Part shown: positions 49,891-64,000 of the stretch, in pieces
Numbering within the stretch: position 1 is the first letter of the stretch
How the letters are laid out: each line of letters begins with the position of its first letter
Assembly: GCA_013239625.1 (NCBI GenBank)
Contig: MU053444.1
Location: forward strand, 1 to 64,000
Direction of reading: 5' to 3'
Source: Lama guanicoe
Taxonomy: Eukaryota
Length of the DNA stretch: 64,000 bases
Position numbers and translations under genes: made by a program
The notes under the pieces: generated by a model
Database searches by the model: none
What the model saw: the letters and a program-made list of their open reading frames with translations, nothing else
What the model was told of the DNA's origin: nothing

Positions 49891-52361
49891 TACATTCCTT
49901 CCCAAAGGATCTCACCTTGTGCACTCCAAAGTAGACAGCACTCATGTGTCCTGACCTGGATCTGCATCTGCGTGTATCATTTCTTATGTCCAATAGAACG
50001 TCACCTTCATGAGGAGAGGGATTTGATTCTGTTCACAAAGGAAGCACCAGCACATCACAGGTGCTGGAGAAGTATTAGCTGAATGAGTGAGCTGTGGGAA
50101 GTCCTGGGAATTCCACCAGGAACTCCTAGCCACTTGGGCCCCAGCTGACTCCAGTTGCTCCCTGCTACTCATGGCTGACTTCTTGTCACCACTCTCTGCT
50201 CTGCCATCACCTGAGCCTGGATGAGCTGAGATGAGCACACAGCCCAGAGAGCATGGCAAATGGTTCATGTCGTTGCAACACACTCGCCCTTTGACTGCCA
50301 GGGGTTACTTAGGATGGACAAACTGAAGGCAGCACCATGTGCACCACCCTACATCACAACTCACTTGAAGCACCAGGACTGCACACAGGAGAAACACTGG
50401 CCCTTTCCAACCTAAGGACAGGGACTATGGGTGAGAAGAGGGTCTCTGTCAACTAACAGTCTCTTTACAAGCCCAGTCTTAGAAAAGCTCTTTAAAGACA
50501 CTTTCGGTATCTTCCTTGTGTTTCTGTAATCCCTCTAGATTTTGTCATTTTAATCTATGCATCAGAAATACAGATGCTCTTGAAATCTCTATTGATTTTC
50601 AATGAAGAAAATCCTCAATTTCCTTCTCTGCTAAGAAAATTACTGCAATTTATATATAAAAAAGCAGCTTCCTTTCAAGATTTTCTATCTTCAAACATCT
50701 AATTTCACAAGAATCAGTAAAGCAGGACATGAAAATCATCCTGTGCTTTATCACCTACAGGTGGGCAGGGATGAAATGAATGAGTACTGATCTCATGAGA
50801 TGGGAAGGCTGGGGCTGTCTTATTTCTGCTACAGATGGAAGGGTCCATATCTGTGAGGGTGAGGAAGGACCAAGAATGAGAAACCAACATTTTCTAACGC
50901 ATTTCTCTTTTTCAGAGTCCCAGACAAAACACTGATTTTATCAACAAAACAAGAATATCTGCACCCTTCTAAAAGCATGCTACAACTTTACTACTACACA
51001 CGGCACTCTGTCAGTAACCTAAAGGCTGATGATAGCCAAGAAATTTGCAGGGATCTTATTCTGTGCTCATTTCTTTTTGTCTTTGGAACCTCAGGAAATT
51101 TGCCTCCTCTCCCTGAGTGTCATTTTCCTCATCCTTCAAATGGGAGTGTAACAGTCATTCATTTTCTCAGTGTCTATTCGACAACAGGAGATGGCTTATG
51201 AAAACAACAACAATAAAAAGCAAAACAGCAATTCTGATCTGTGCAGTCTTCCTCCTCCTCCCTGAACATGAACTTACAGGGTAAAATGGCATCTTTCACT
51301 AAATCCCAAATTTAAGGTGTAGTTCTGATAAGGAAGTCAAAGGACTGCCATGTAACAGAAATGACCTGGTGAAAAAGAATGAGTTGCCAGCAAATCCTCA
51401 AAACCTGTAAGGGTGCAAACCCTGGGAGCTACAGTAATGGGTGGGAGTTCCTTAGTTCCCCATTTCATAAAGCTGAGAACTATGCAGGGTCCATGAAAGA
51501 CACAGCCCAGTACAACCACACCATGTTTTGGAGTACACTTGGGCCACATCGCTGCTGACCTGTACTTCTTTGTGCCCCAGAGCAAGAACCCTGGGTGGGG
51601 GTGACTGTGTTTGAGGCTGGACAAGAACTTCCTTTTCTGTCTCTTTTGCTCTCTCTCTTCCTGCAATAAAACAACTGATAGGACTCTGGTGGGGAGAACT
51701 GCACCCACATTCTCTGGCAAACCACACACTAGTCAGCTCTAGCTGATCTGAGAGAGGACTATTCAATGAAAATATATACACCAAAGTCAGGCAGAAGGCT
51801 GCCTGGGACCTTGGGAATCCAAACCAGCTTGTCCTGTTAATCAGGATATTACACATCTAAAGAAAGTGTACACCAGATGAGATGATGCCTGAGACAGCAT
51901 TGGTGGTTATGTCAAGCAGTGTCTAAGGACAAGTCATGCTCTGGTAGATGGGAGCATTTTGGTTGCTTACAGAGTTTGATACTGAAGGGCTGGGACATTT
52001 CATTGGGCCTTGAAACTCCAGATCTCTTTACTCACAAAGGCAGACAAGTTAGGTGATCCAGCTCAGCCTTTATTCCAACTTCCTAACCAAAAGCCTATGA
52101 GGTTGAAAATATATTTCTCAGACCCTTCTGCAGCAAGGGTTCCAGATGTGGCNNNNNNNNNNNNNNNNNNNNNNNNNNNNNNNNNNNNNNNNNNNNNNNN
52201 NNNNNNNNNNNNNNNNNNNNNNNNNNNNNNNNNNNNNNNNNNNNNNNNNNNNNNNNNNNNNNNNNNNNNNNNNNNNNNNNNNNNNNNNNNNNNNNNNNNN
52301 NNNNNNNNNNNNNNNNNNNNNNNNNNNNNNNNNNNNNNNNNNNNNNNNNNNNNNNNNNNNN

Positions 52362-52422
52362 GTACATCAGAAATTGACACATTGTAACTGACTATACTTC
52401 AATTAAATATATATATATATAT
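52362..52422 (+). mobile_element. L1 3' tip with (TA)n tail, next to the N gap at 52153-52361
   Basis: GTACATCAGAAATTGACACATTGTAACTGACTATACTTCAATTA, the same family as the 32.2 kb and 41.7 kb ends. Confidence 0.75.
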
Positions 52423-53499
52423 AATGCCCATCAGCAGCATCTGAGTATCACTGAAAGCAGAAACCCAGATGAATGGAGGCAGAGGTGGTTGGAGGAGCTA
52501 CGTTATTTTGCTGGGGTGGATGCAGCCGGCATGTCAGACATCTAGAAGGAATGCTCACAACAGCTACTCACTGATCTGCAAGTGAGCTAGGGTAAAAGCT
52601 TCCTGAAATCCTTCCCGCCCCTCCTGATGAGCTAGGTGTCTGGCGTTTCTCTGGAAATAAATAGGCCCAGCCTGGAACTCAAAGGTAAAAATTAAAAACT
52701 GCAGTCAGGCAGTGAAGAGACTGGCAGAACGCATTGGACAAAAGTAGGTCAGAATCAACAAGGAATGGGGAGGGAATAGAACGTGTGCTGAGGACCCTGA
52801 CTTCAGTGGTGGATTGTCTGTGTTTAGGACTCTGAGTCAGTATAAGTAGATGGATTGATGTGGACTAAAATGGTGGCCATTTTTCAGATAAGTGTGTGAT
52901 TTGGACTACATTTATTAGAGGAGGGTTTTTTTTTCCCCTTCAACATTGATCACTTGGGAGCAGAAAAACACTCAGCCACAGAACATCTAAGTGCAAAAGA
53001 GATGCTACGGGATGATGGTGGTATGAAAAATTTCAGTTCTGCAGTTCCAAGTTTTCCTTAATGAGGTTCACAGCAGTTGGTACTTAAAATAAAATAAGGT
53101 ACTTATAATAAAGACATCATCATATGTACATATCCTTAAAGAGACACATATGGTGCTATAAGTGGGCCTGAAATGTGTTGTGTATTCTAAAATCCAGTGA
53201 AATAAAATCAGTAGTTCAATATGCCTGTCGGCTCTATAAACATGATGTAGCTAATGATCACAGATACCAAGATCAGCTAGGAAATTTGAGATTTGTCTTT
53301 TCCAGTGTCAAAGTTATTATTTTTTGCTTTATTTAAAAAGCATTTTTCTAATTAGGGCTGTCAGCATCCATTGGTATACGGAGTTCAGTAGATGTGTTCA
53401 GATGTTCTAGACAGTGAATCAGAAAAGACTGAGGTTTGGACAGTAGTTAAATGCCTCACCCGTGTGATCAGCATCCACATACTGCTATACTGAAAATCC

Positions 53500-53800
53500 T
53501 TAAAACTGAGAACTTCATTAAAGCAATGAGAAGAGAGGGGAAAAATAGCCACAGACTAGTGGAAGTTTTGTAATGTGTAAAAATGACAAAGGGCTATTCA
53601 TGAGCATATTATTAAAAACCCCTACACTTTAATAAGAAAAACAACAAACTGACAACAGGTTGCACACTGTTCCCTGCAGGAGAAGCCATGCAGATGGACT
53701 CTTATATGAATGGACCTGGAGCTGTAGAATTAGTTAGTCTTGCAAGTAACTCAGTTAAAAACAAATGCAAATGGGATACACTTCTAGAATATCTGAGTAA
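53500..53800 (+). mobile_element. Ancient L1M fragment
   Basis: AGCCACAGACT, TGACAAAGGGCTA, AATAAGAAAAACAAC. Confidence 0.5.
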
Positions 53801-53809
53801 AAGTCTTGG

Positions 53810-56800
53810 AAAACTTACTCCTCTATGAAGCAATGACAATGGCAAAAATTTGTCAAAATTAACCTCTGCAGAACTCTGGAAATTAAACCAAGGCTTCCAG
53901 CAATCTGGGGAGTGATTATTTGAGAAAAAAAAAAGCTAAATCTCCATAAAGATATTGAGTTTTGTGGCATTGTACCTTGATCTACCCCCATCCCCGTATC
54001 CTCACCTAAATGGTGGCTTTTAAAAGCAACAGTCTCACAATCATGGTAGGGGCAGAAGTGATTTGAAGTTACCCAAAAAATCCGCCCCCTGAGAGCTGTC
54101 ACTATTTGACCTATCTCAAACTAATCCTGTGCAAACAGCCTGTCTCCAGAATGTTTCTGGAAAGCAACCAGCAGTTAGTATTTAACATTACAACTGCCTG
54201 AGGCAGTGGTACCAGTAGAGACTAACTAGATGCTGAATAGGAAACTTAGAAGGCAAAATTGAGTAATGAGATATTCTGGGGGTGAAAGTAGGGTTAAAAA
54301 GCTCCAAAAAATTCAGAATTACAGAAGGCCGTACACATGTGTGGCACATGGCAAGGAAAGATCTAAGAAAATCTTCAGCCTTCAACTCTGGCTGAACTTG
54401 AGGTTCTGCATAAGCAAGAACAAAAGGCTACGGAAGTGCTGCAGACTGCCTGCCAGTGCTGAGGGCATCTCTCAGCATGCAGACACACAGCCACCTGGCA
54501 ACAGCTCAAATGATTAGCTCCAGGCATTGAAAGAAATCACTGTCTAATCATTATTACAGTGATGACAACTAGGCTTTCTGCACACACACTGATCTCATGG
54601 CCATGCATGATAAAGACAACAGACTTTACAGAATTTGTTCAGGAAAGTAACTAAATAAATATCTGCAGGAGCAATGACAATGGAAGCAACGATAAACCCT
54701 GGAGATGAGGAAAATCTGGCTTTCAGATCTGCCACATTGTAATATTTTAAATGTCCAGTTTTCAACAGAAAATTAGAAGATGTACAAAGAAACAGAAAAG
54801 TTTGGCCAGAACAGAGGGGAAAATGTAATCAATAGAAACTCCCTGAGGAAGCCCAGACACTGAACTTACTAGACAAAGATATAAATAAGCAATTAAACAT
54901 ATGTTCAAAAAGCTAACAGAAACCATGCCTAAAGAATTAAATTATGTGAACATCTCATTGTATAAAGAACAGCAATAGATAAAATTTATACTAAAAACCA
55001 ACTAGAAAGTCTAGAGATACAAATATAATGACAAAAAGGAAAACTTCAATAAGAGGTTTCTCTGTAGATATAAACTTGTTCAAGAAAAAGTCAGTTAACT
55101 TAAAACTAATGAGATTGTCCAGTCTGTGGAACAGAAAGAAAAAGGAATGAAAAAAATGAACACTGTGTCAGAGATAGGTGGGACACCATCAACAATACCA
55201 ATACACACATAATGGGAGCACCAGAAGGAAGGAGAGATAAAAAGGGGTAGAAAGAGTATATAAAGAAATAATGGCCAAAAACTTCCCCAACTTGATGAAA
55301 ACATTAATTTGTACATCCCAGCAGCTCAACAAACTCCACGTGGTGTAAACGTAGAGACATCTAAAATAGGCACATCAGACTCAGTGTGTCAAAAGACAAG
55401 AACAAAGGATCTTGACAGCAGAAAGAGGAAAGTGGCTCAACATACACAAAGGCTCCTCAGTAAGACAGTTAATTTCTCATCAAAAACCATGGAGACCAGA
55501 AGGCATTGGGATGGTATCGTCAAAGTGATAAAAGGCAAAGACTGTCACCAAGTATTTTATAGGCAGCAAAACGACTCTTTAAAAAAATTAAAGGAGTAAT
55601 TAAGACACTCCTACAAAAATAAAATCTGAAAGAATCCATTGCTAGCAGGCCTGCCCTACAAGAAATATTAAGAATAGTCCAGCAAGTGTAAATGAAAGGA
55701 CACTTACCTGAAAAATAAAGAGCACTACTACATGACTAAAAAATAAAATGGTATAAGTATTACATGTAAATGTTTTGTTCTATTTGATGTAAAGGACAAC
55801 TGCATAAAACAATACTTATGAAACTGTGTAGATGCACTTATAAATGCACAAAGGTGTATTTGTATGACAGGGACAGCATGAGGAGGGGGAGGGAAAAGAT
55901 TGATACCAAAGCAAAGTTTTTGTGTACTATTGAAATTAAGTAGGCATTCATGTGAACTAGATTGCTTTAAAACAAGATGTTAATTATAATCTCCAGGGCA
56001 ATGGAGGAGAAGGAGGAGGAGGAAGAGGAGGCAGAGGAGGAGAAGAAAAAGATAAAATAAACAACAAGTTAAAATGGCACACTTGAAAATGCCTACTTTG
56101 TACAAAAAAGTGTAGTAATAGAGGAATGGGAAAGAAAAAGAGATATAGAAAGCAGATAGCAGATGTAACTTCAACCTGATAAGATATTACTTTAATGTAA
56201 GTGAATTAAACATTCTAATCAAAATACTAAAGGCAGAAATAAATGGAATAGAGAATAGATGAACAACAGAGAATAATCAACAAAAAGAAAAGTTAGTTCT
56301 TTGAAAAGATCAACAAAATTGACAAATTTTTAGTTAACACTGAAAAAAAAAGAGAGAAGATTCAAATTACTAACATGAGAAATGAAAGGAAGGATGTAAC
56401 TACTGCCCTTATAAAAATAACAAGGAATATAAGGGAATACCATGAATAATTATATAGCCAATAAATGAGATAATCTAGATGAAATGAATAAATTCCTAGA
56501 AGGACATAAATGACTGAAGCTAATTCAAGGAGAAATAGAAAACTCAAATAATCCTACCATAAGTAGTGACTTAAATAGTAATCCAAAACATTCCCACAAG
56601 GAAATGCTAGGCCCGTATGGCTTTGCTGGTGAATTCCATCAACTACTTAAAGAAAAAAAAAAAAACAGAAAACAATGCTTCAGAAACTCATCTAAAAATA
56701 AAGAGGTGGGAATACTTTCCAATTCATTCAATGAGACTACTATCACACCAATACCAAAACCAGACAAAGGCATCACAAGAAAACTAAAGACTATCTCTTA

Positions 56801-59062
56801 TGAATATAAATGCAAAAATCCTCAACAGAATACAAGCAAATCCAATCCAGTAACATATAAAATAGACCACCATTAAGTGGGATGTGTCCAGGTATGCAAA
56901 GGCAGTTCAACACACAAAAGTCAATTCATGTAATACACCATATTAATAGAATAATGGATAAAAACTAGGAATAGAAGAGAACTTCCTCAACTTGACAGAG
57001 AACATCTATGAAAAACTTGGAGCAAAGATCATACATATTGTTGAAAAACTGAATTATTTCCTCCCAAAATCAACATTGTACTAGAGGTTCTAGTCAAAGC
57101 AATCAGACAAAGAAAATAAAGCCTCTAGATTAAAAAGAAAGAAATAAAACTGTTTCGATTCCAGATGACATGATATTATATATTGAACTCACAAGGAATC
57201 CACAAAGAAAAAAAAGAGAAAAAAGAAAAAATTTCTATTAGAATTAATAACCCAGTCTGACCAAAATTGTAAGATACAAATCAATATATAAAAAAGTAAT
57301 TATATTTCTAAACAACAGCAGTGAATAATCTAAAAATAAAATGAAGGAAATGTTTTCATTTACAATAGCATCAAAAAGGATAAAATACTTAGGAATATTA
57401 AGAAAAATATGTGGAATACTGAGAAAAATGTCTGAAACTTGTATATAGAAAACTAAAATACTACTGATAGAAGTTAAAAATGACCTAAAATAAATGGAAA
57501 GCTCTTCTGTGTTCATGGATCAGAAGCCTTATTATTGTTAGGATGGCCATTGTCTTCAAAATGACCTATAGATGCAATGCAAGTCTGGCTTTTTGGCAGA
57601 AATGAATAAGCTGATCCTAAAACTAATATGGAAATGCAAGATACCCAGAATAGACAAAACAATCTTGAAAAAGAACAAAGTTTTGAAGTTTCCAAATTCA
57701 AAAGTCACTAACAAAACTTTAATCCATACAGTGTGGTACTTGCATAAAGGACAGACAAATAGATTGAGAGAAAAGAACTGAGAGTCATTACAAACAAACT
57801 CTTACACATAGCCAGTTAACTTTTGACAAAGGTGCCATGACAATCCAATGGGGAAAAAATAATCTTTACAAAACTGATGCTGGGACGCCTGAACATACAC
57901 CGGGAAAGAAAGAAAACTGAACTTTTATCTTAACACCATTTATGAAAATTAACTGAAAATAAATCACAGACCTGAAACTATAAAACTGTTAGAAAAAGAA
58001 CAATGAAAAAATCTTCAGGAATTTGGTTTACAAATACATCTAATATATGACATCAAAAGCACAAACAACAAAAGAAAAAAAATCAAGTAAACTGGACTTC
58101 AGTATAATTAAAAACTTCTGTGCTTCAAAGGACTTCATCAAGAAAGTAAGAAGACAATCCACAGGATGGATGAAATTATTTCCAATATTTTCCCTGATAA
58201 GGGACTTTTATCCAGAATAGACAAAGAAGACTTAAAATGTGACAATACAATGACAAATACAATTAAAATGGGCAAAGAATTTGAATAGATGTTTCTCCAA
58301 AGAAGACATACGAATGGGAAAGAAGCACATGAAAAGATGTTCAACATCAGTAGACATTAGGGAAACAGAAATCAAAAGCACAATGACATGCCACTTCATA
58401 CCAACTAGGTTGACAAATATATATGATATATGATATATAAATATGTATCTATAAACCCAGTAATATAAAGTGTTGATGAGGATTTGGAGAAACTGGACTC
58501 CTCATACATTACTACTGGAAATATAAAATGGTGCAGTCACTTTAAAAACTAGTTTAGCAATTCCTCAAAATGTTAAAAGTAGAATACTTTTTTGCTATAT
58601 ACTCAAGAGATCTGAAAATATGTGTTCACACAAAAACTTGTCCATGAGCATTTACAGCAGAATTATTCATCATCAACTGATGGGTGGATAAGCAATGTGG
58701 TGTATTTATAACAATGGCATATTGTTTGAACACAAAAAGGAATTTGGGTACTGATATATACTACACCATGAATGAGCCTTGACAACGTCACACTAAATGA
58801 AAGATGACAATCAAAAAAGGCAGCATACTGTATGGTTCTACTTATATGCAATGCCCAGAACAGGCAAATCTGTAGAGGCAGAAAGTAGAGTGGTGGCTGC
58901 TGGGGGCTAAGGGAAAGGAAGGTTAGGGAGTGACTTACTAAAGGGTACTGGTTCCTTTTGGGGGTGATGGCTACAAAGCCCTGAAATGTACTTAAAATCC
59001 TAATGCACACTTTCAAAAGCTGCATTTTATGGTATGTGAATTATATCTTCATAAAGCTGTTA
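53810..59062 (+). mobile_element. Old L1M element (5' region, ORF1 and ORF2 remnants, 3' UTR), internally deleted
   Basis: ORF1 remnant (VNFSSKTMETRRHWDGIVKV) and ORF2 remnants (GPYGFAGEF, FNETTITPIPKPDK, KLILKLIWKCKIPRIDKTILKK). 3' end GGTATGTGAATTATATCTTCATAAAGCTGTT. Most of the endonuclease region is missing near 56230. Confidence 0.88.
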
Positions 59063-59069
59063 TTCTTGA

Positions 59070-62000
59070 AGTTGAGCCCACCTATGGAGCAACTTGCACA
59101 GCACTTACTGCAGCATCCGGAGGGGGAGTGACCCACTCGCCCACTGTGAAGGAGAGCAGTACCTGACCCAGTGTTGAAGGGGCGCAATCTTCTTGCCGAT
59201 GGACACTGTGAGTAGCACAGACAAGGGGGCCAACAGAGCAAGCTGAGTTCGTGAAACAGGGCAAAGACACAAAGACCTCTCAATAAAACCATTAAGAGTG
59301 CACAGTCTCTAGAAGAACACATCTTTGTTTTTTAAATCATTTTATATCTGTTTTATTTTCTATTACCTTTTTAATCTTTACTTTTTAAACAATTCTATAT
59401 GTTTACAGTTCTCATTACATCTTTAATTCTCTTGGTTTTGATCTGTTATTGATTATTCACAGGTTTGAAATATTGTGTTTTGATTTTTTCTTCTTTTTAT
59501 TAAGGTTTTTAAAAGACATCTCAACTCGATTGCTATTCTGCTTCAACTTGCTCTTCTATTATTGATTATACACTGTTTTCAAACTTTCTTTTCCTCCATT
59601 CTTTTAAAATTCTCTCTCTCTCTCTTGTTTTTAAGTTTTATTTCCACATAGGCTTTAGATAAATAAATAAACTCCTTTAAGGAAGTATTCCCAATTAAAA
59701 GAGCAAGAGAAATCCCCTGAAAGAACAATCAATGAAATAGACATTGATGGCCTACTAGATCAAGATTTCAAAAAAGAAGTGATCAAATTACTGAAGGAAC
59801 TAAAAGAGATAGTGTTCAGAGACATAAAATATGTCAAAAAAAAATAGAAGCTATAAAGAAGAGCCAAGTAGAATTGGTAAATTCATTGGCTGAAATGAGA
59901 TCTGACCTAAAGGCTGTACAAATCAGGCTAGATAATGCAGAGGAACGAATAAGTGACCTAGACGGCAGGACAACAGAAAGCACCCAATCAGAACAGAACA
60001 ACAAAGCACCCAATCAGAACAGCTGAGAGAAAAACAAATAAAAAACAATGAAAACAATATAAGGAACCTATGGGATAATATAAAGCATGCCAATCTATGC
60101 ATAATAGGGTTTCCAGACGGGGAAGAAAGAACAAAGGGGATGGAAAAGGTATTTAAAGAAATCATGACTGAAAACTTCCCAAACCTAAAGAAGGAATCAG
60201 ACACCCAAGCACAGGAGACTCAGAGGTTCCCAAACAGGAAGAGCCTAAAGAGACCCACACCAAGACATATCATAATCAAGATGGCCAGACTGAAGGATAA
60301 AGAAATAATCCTAAAGGCAACAAGAGAAAAACAAAGAGTGAGTTACAGGAGAAAGCTCTCAGCTGATTTCTCTACAGAAACACTACAGGCCAGTAGGAAG
60401 TGGCAAGAGATATTCAAAGTTCTGAATGAAAAAACAGATGCAGCCTAGGATACTTTCTGCAGCAAGGCTATCCTTTAGAATAGAAGGAGAGATATAGATT
60501 TTCACAGAGAAGCAAAAACTAAAAGACTTTAGCAACACTAAACCCATGCTAAAAGAAATATTGTAAGGTACACTCTAAATAAAAAAGAAGCAGGATGATA
60601 CAGAAATGAGAGATTATAAATGGAAAGATGATACTACCATGAATTACAAATAGAATAAACATGAAATTGTAAAAGAAGACATCTAAATCATTGATAGGGA
60701 GAGGGAAGCAAGAAAATATAGAGTATTTTTTTCTTTCTTTTTTTTTTAAATTTTTTGTTCTCAGTAGGATGGGTTTGAGATTACATTATTATCTGTTTAG
60801 TACACACAGAGTAATTGGTTAACAGACTTACAAAAAGTGTAACCACAAGCCAAAAACTTACAAGTGAGTGACAAAAACTAAATACAATCCAAGATAATAC
60901 AAAGGAAAATTACCATACCACAAAAGGAAGAAGAAAGGAACAAATAAGAAATAACAAATCAACTGCAAAAATAAGTTCAAAATAGCAATAAACACTCATC
61001 TATCATTAATTACTGTAAATGATAATGGACTAAATGTTCCAGTCAAAAGACAGAGTGGCAGAATGAATAATAAAGCAAGAACCTTCAATACACTGCATAC
61101 AAGGGACATACTTTAGGGAGAAAGACACATATAGATTGAGAGTGAAAGGACGGAAAAGGATATTCCATGAAAATGGAAATGCCAAAAAAGCTGGTGCAGC
61201 AGTACTGATTTCAGACAAAATAGACTTTAAAACAAAGGCCATAAAGATAAATAAAGACATTCTATAGTGATTAAAAGAGCAATACAAGATGAGGATATTA
61301 CAATCATTAATATATATGCACCCAACATGGCACCTAAGTACATAAAACAACTACCAAAAGAGATAAAGGGGGAAATTGATGGGAATACAATCATTGTCAG
61401 AAATTTTAACACCACATTAACACCACTAGACAGATCTTCCAGACAGAAAATAAATAAGGCAACAGAGAATTTAAATGATATGAGAGAAAAATTAGATTTA
61501 GTGGATATTTTCAGAGCTTTACACCCCCCAAAATAGGATATATATTCTTATCAAGTGCACGTGGAACATTTTCTAGGATTGATCATGTACTTGGTCACAA
61601 AAGAAGCCTCAACAATTTTAAGAAGATAGAAATTATCTCAAGCATCTTTATTGACCACAATGCCATTGAAACTAGAAATCAACTACAGAGAAACAAAGGA
61701 GAAATAAAGGAAAGCATAGAGATTAAACAACATGGTATTAAAAAATCAACGGGTCAATGATGAAATCAAAGTTGTAAATAAAGTATGCCTTGAGACAAAT
61801 GAAAATGAAAACATAACCACACAAAACTTATCGGATGCAGCAAAAGCAGTGCTAAGAGGAAAGTTTAGGGCGATGCAGGCCTTCCTCAAAAAAGAAGAAC
61901 AATATGAAATAAACAATCTAACCCACCTGCTAAAAGAACTAGAAACAGAGGAGCAAAAACACCCAAAAGTCATCAGAAGGAAGGAAATAATAAAGATCAG

Positions 62001-64000
62001 GGAGGAAATAAATTAAATAGAGATTTAAAAAAAATAAAGAAAATGATCAATCAAACCAAAAGCTAGTTTTTTGAAAGAGTAAATAAAATTGACAAACCTC
62101 TGGCCAAACTCACAAAGAAGAAAAAAGAGACAGCACAAATTTGCAAAATAAGAAAGGAAAATGGAGAAATTACAACAAATAACATGGAAATACAAAATAT
62201 CATATGAGAATATCATGATAAACCACATGGAAAACAAATGGATAACCTAGAGGAAATGGACAAGTTTCTGGAAACATACAGTCCACCAAGACTGAACCAA
62301 GAAGAAACTGACAACTTGAGCAAACCAATCACTAGGAATGAAATCAAATTAACAATAAAAAAACCTCCCTACAAATAAAAGTCCAGGACTGGACAGCTTC
62401 ACTGGGGAATTCTACCACATATACAAAGAAGAAATCATACCAGTCCTTCTCAAACTCTTCCAGAAGATTGAAAAAAAGGAATATTCCCAAACTCATTCTA
62501 CGAAGCCAACATCACCCTGATACCAAAACCAGGCAAAGACACCACCAAAAAAGAGAATTACAGACCAATATCACTGATGAACACAGATGCAAAAAGTCCT
62601 TACCAAAATACTAGCAAATAGATTCCAACAGCACATAAAAAAATTATACATCATGCTCAAATGGGGTTCATCTCAGGGACACAAGGGTGATTCAACATAT
62701 GCAAATCAATGTAATATTTCACATCAACAAGAGAAAGGACAAAAACCACATGATCATCTCAATAGATGCAGAAAAGATTTCGGTAAAATTCAACACCCAT
62801 TTATGATAAAAATTCTCACCAAAGTGGGTATGGAGGGAACATATCTCAATATTATAAACACTATATAAGACAAGCCTACAGCCAGCATAGCACTCAATGG
62901 TGAAAACTCAAAATCTTCCCACTAAAATTTGGGACAAGGATGTCCACTATCACCACTCCTATTCAACATAGTCTTGGAAGTCCTGGCCACAGCAATCAGG
63001 CAAGTAAGAGAAGTAAAAGGGGTCTAAATTGGAAAAGAAGAGGTAAAAGTGTCACTATATGCAGATGACACGATACTATATATAGAAAACCCTTAAAGGT
63101 CCACACAAAAACTACTAGAGCTGGGGGGAGGATATAGTTCAAGTGGTAGAGTGCATGCCTAGCATGAACAAGGTCCTGGGTTCAATCCCCAGCACCTCCT
63201 CTAGAAAGAAAGAAAGAAAGAAAGAATCCTAATTACCTCCCCCATCAAAAAACCTAAAAAAACAAAAAATAATAAAATAAATTTAAAAATTGATAAAAAA
63301 AAACTACAAGAGCTGATTGAAGAATTTAGCAAGGTAGCAGGTTACAAGATTAATGTTCAAAAATCGGTTGCATTTCTTTACACTAATGATGAATCAACAG
63401 AAAAAGAAAGTAAAGAAATAATCCCCTTTAAAATAGCACCCAATGTAATAAAATATCTAGGAATAAATCTAACCACAGAGGTGAGAGAATTATACACAGT
63501 AAACTATAAACCATTGGTGAAGTAAATTAAAGAAGACTTTAAAAAATGGAAAGATATCCCATGCTCTTGGATTGCAAGAATCAATATTCTTAAAATGATC
63601 ACACTGCCCAAGGCAATCTACAGATTGAATGCAATCCCTATCAAATTACCCCAGACATATTTCATAGAATTAGAACAAATCACAATAAAATTTATATGGA
63701 CATAGAATTTCCAGGGCATTACTGAAGAAAAAAAAGATAGAGGCTGGAGGATAAACTCTCCCAGACTTCAGACAATACTGTAGAGTTACAGTCATCAAGA
63801 CAGCATGGTATTGGTACAAAAACAGACATATAGACCAATGGAAGAGAATAGAGAGCCCAGAAATGAACCCACAAACTTTTGGTCAACTAATCTTCGACAA
63901 AGGAGGCAAAAATATACAATGGAATAAAGACAGTCTCTTCAGCAAGATAAACATAAGACAAGATACAATAAACCTCCTACAATAACATACAGGCAAAATA
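59070..64000 (+). mobile_element. Younger decayed L1 (partial 5' UTR, ORF1 ~59680-60580, ORF2 from ~60982), running off the window
   Basis: ORF1 peptide EIMTENFPNLKK...RPTPRHIIIKMARLKDKE. ORF2 endonuclease peptide IQDEDITIINIYAPN and RT motif YADD at 63058-63069. ORF2 start reads ATA; many stops and frameshifts. Confidence 0.95.
63124..63298 (+). mobile_element. tRNA-derived SINE (Vic-1-like) inserted in L1 ORF2
   Basis: A and B boxes, a (GAAA)n run, an A-rich tail, and a 17-bp TSD AAAAACTAC(T/A)AGAGCTG at 63107-63123 and 63299-63315. Confidence 0.92.

Noticed and set aside
51480..51661. Minus-strand acceptor-like TTTTATTGCAG followed by open frames (EEREQKRQKRKFLSSLK…)
   Set aside because: No frame matches ANO6 or any protein I recognise, and there is no convincing donor.
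1930..52391. Long ORFs containing X runs (e.g. 14220..15017, 52010..52387)
   Set aside because: These are artefacts of translating through the N gaps.
45718..63298. tRNA-Ala genes at 45718, 47195-47306 and 63124
   Set aside because: They have degenerate stems and A-rich tails, two have TSDs, and they share a non-tRNA 3' segment, so they are SINEs.
59070..64000. Active full-length L1
   Set aside because: The ORF2 start is lost, there are many stops and frameshifts, a SINE insertion and internal deletions.

Overview
Mammalian genomic DNA, probably from a camelid (inferred from tRNA-Ala-like SINEs resembling Vic-1 and from cetartiodactyl-type L1 3' ends), spanning a satellite-to-euchromatin boundary. 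Bases 1-18.86 kb are a tandem array of a 249-bp satellite. It has a fairly homogeneous forward block (1-~9.3 kb), a more diverged forward block (to 12,773) and an inverted block of a distinct sequence variant (12,774-~18,860). The rest of the window holds an intron-containing, heavily disabled copy of ANO6 (TMEM16F, Ca2+-activated phospholipid scramblase) on the minus strand, found by hand translation. Eight exons lie in collinear order. Relative to human ANO6 as I recall it, they carry 5 in-frame stops, 7 frameshifts and 3 dead splice donors. The last exon is cut after about 21 nt and fused directly to the satellite. The introns contain L1, L2, MIR, MER5, MaLR and ERV1 solo LTRs and SINEs, and the last ~10 kb is two tandem decayed L1s. 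There are three N gaps and no intact protein-coding gene. Exon numbers and repeat family names come from recall, not from a database search.
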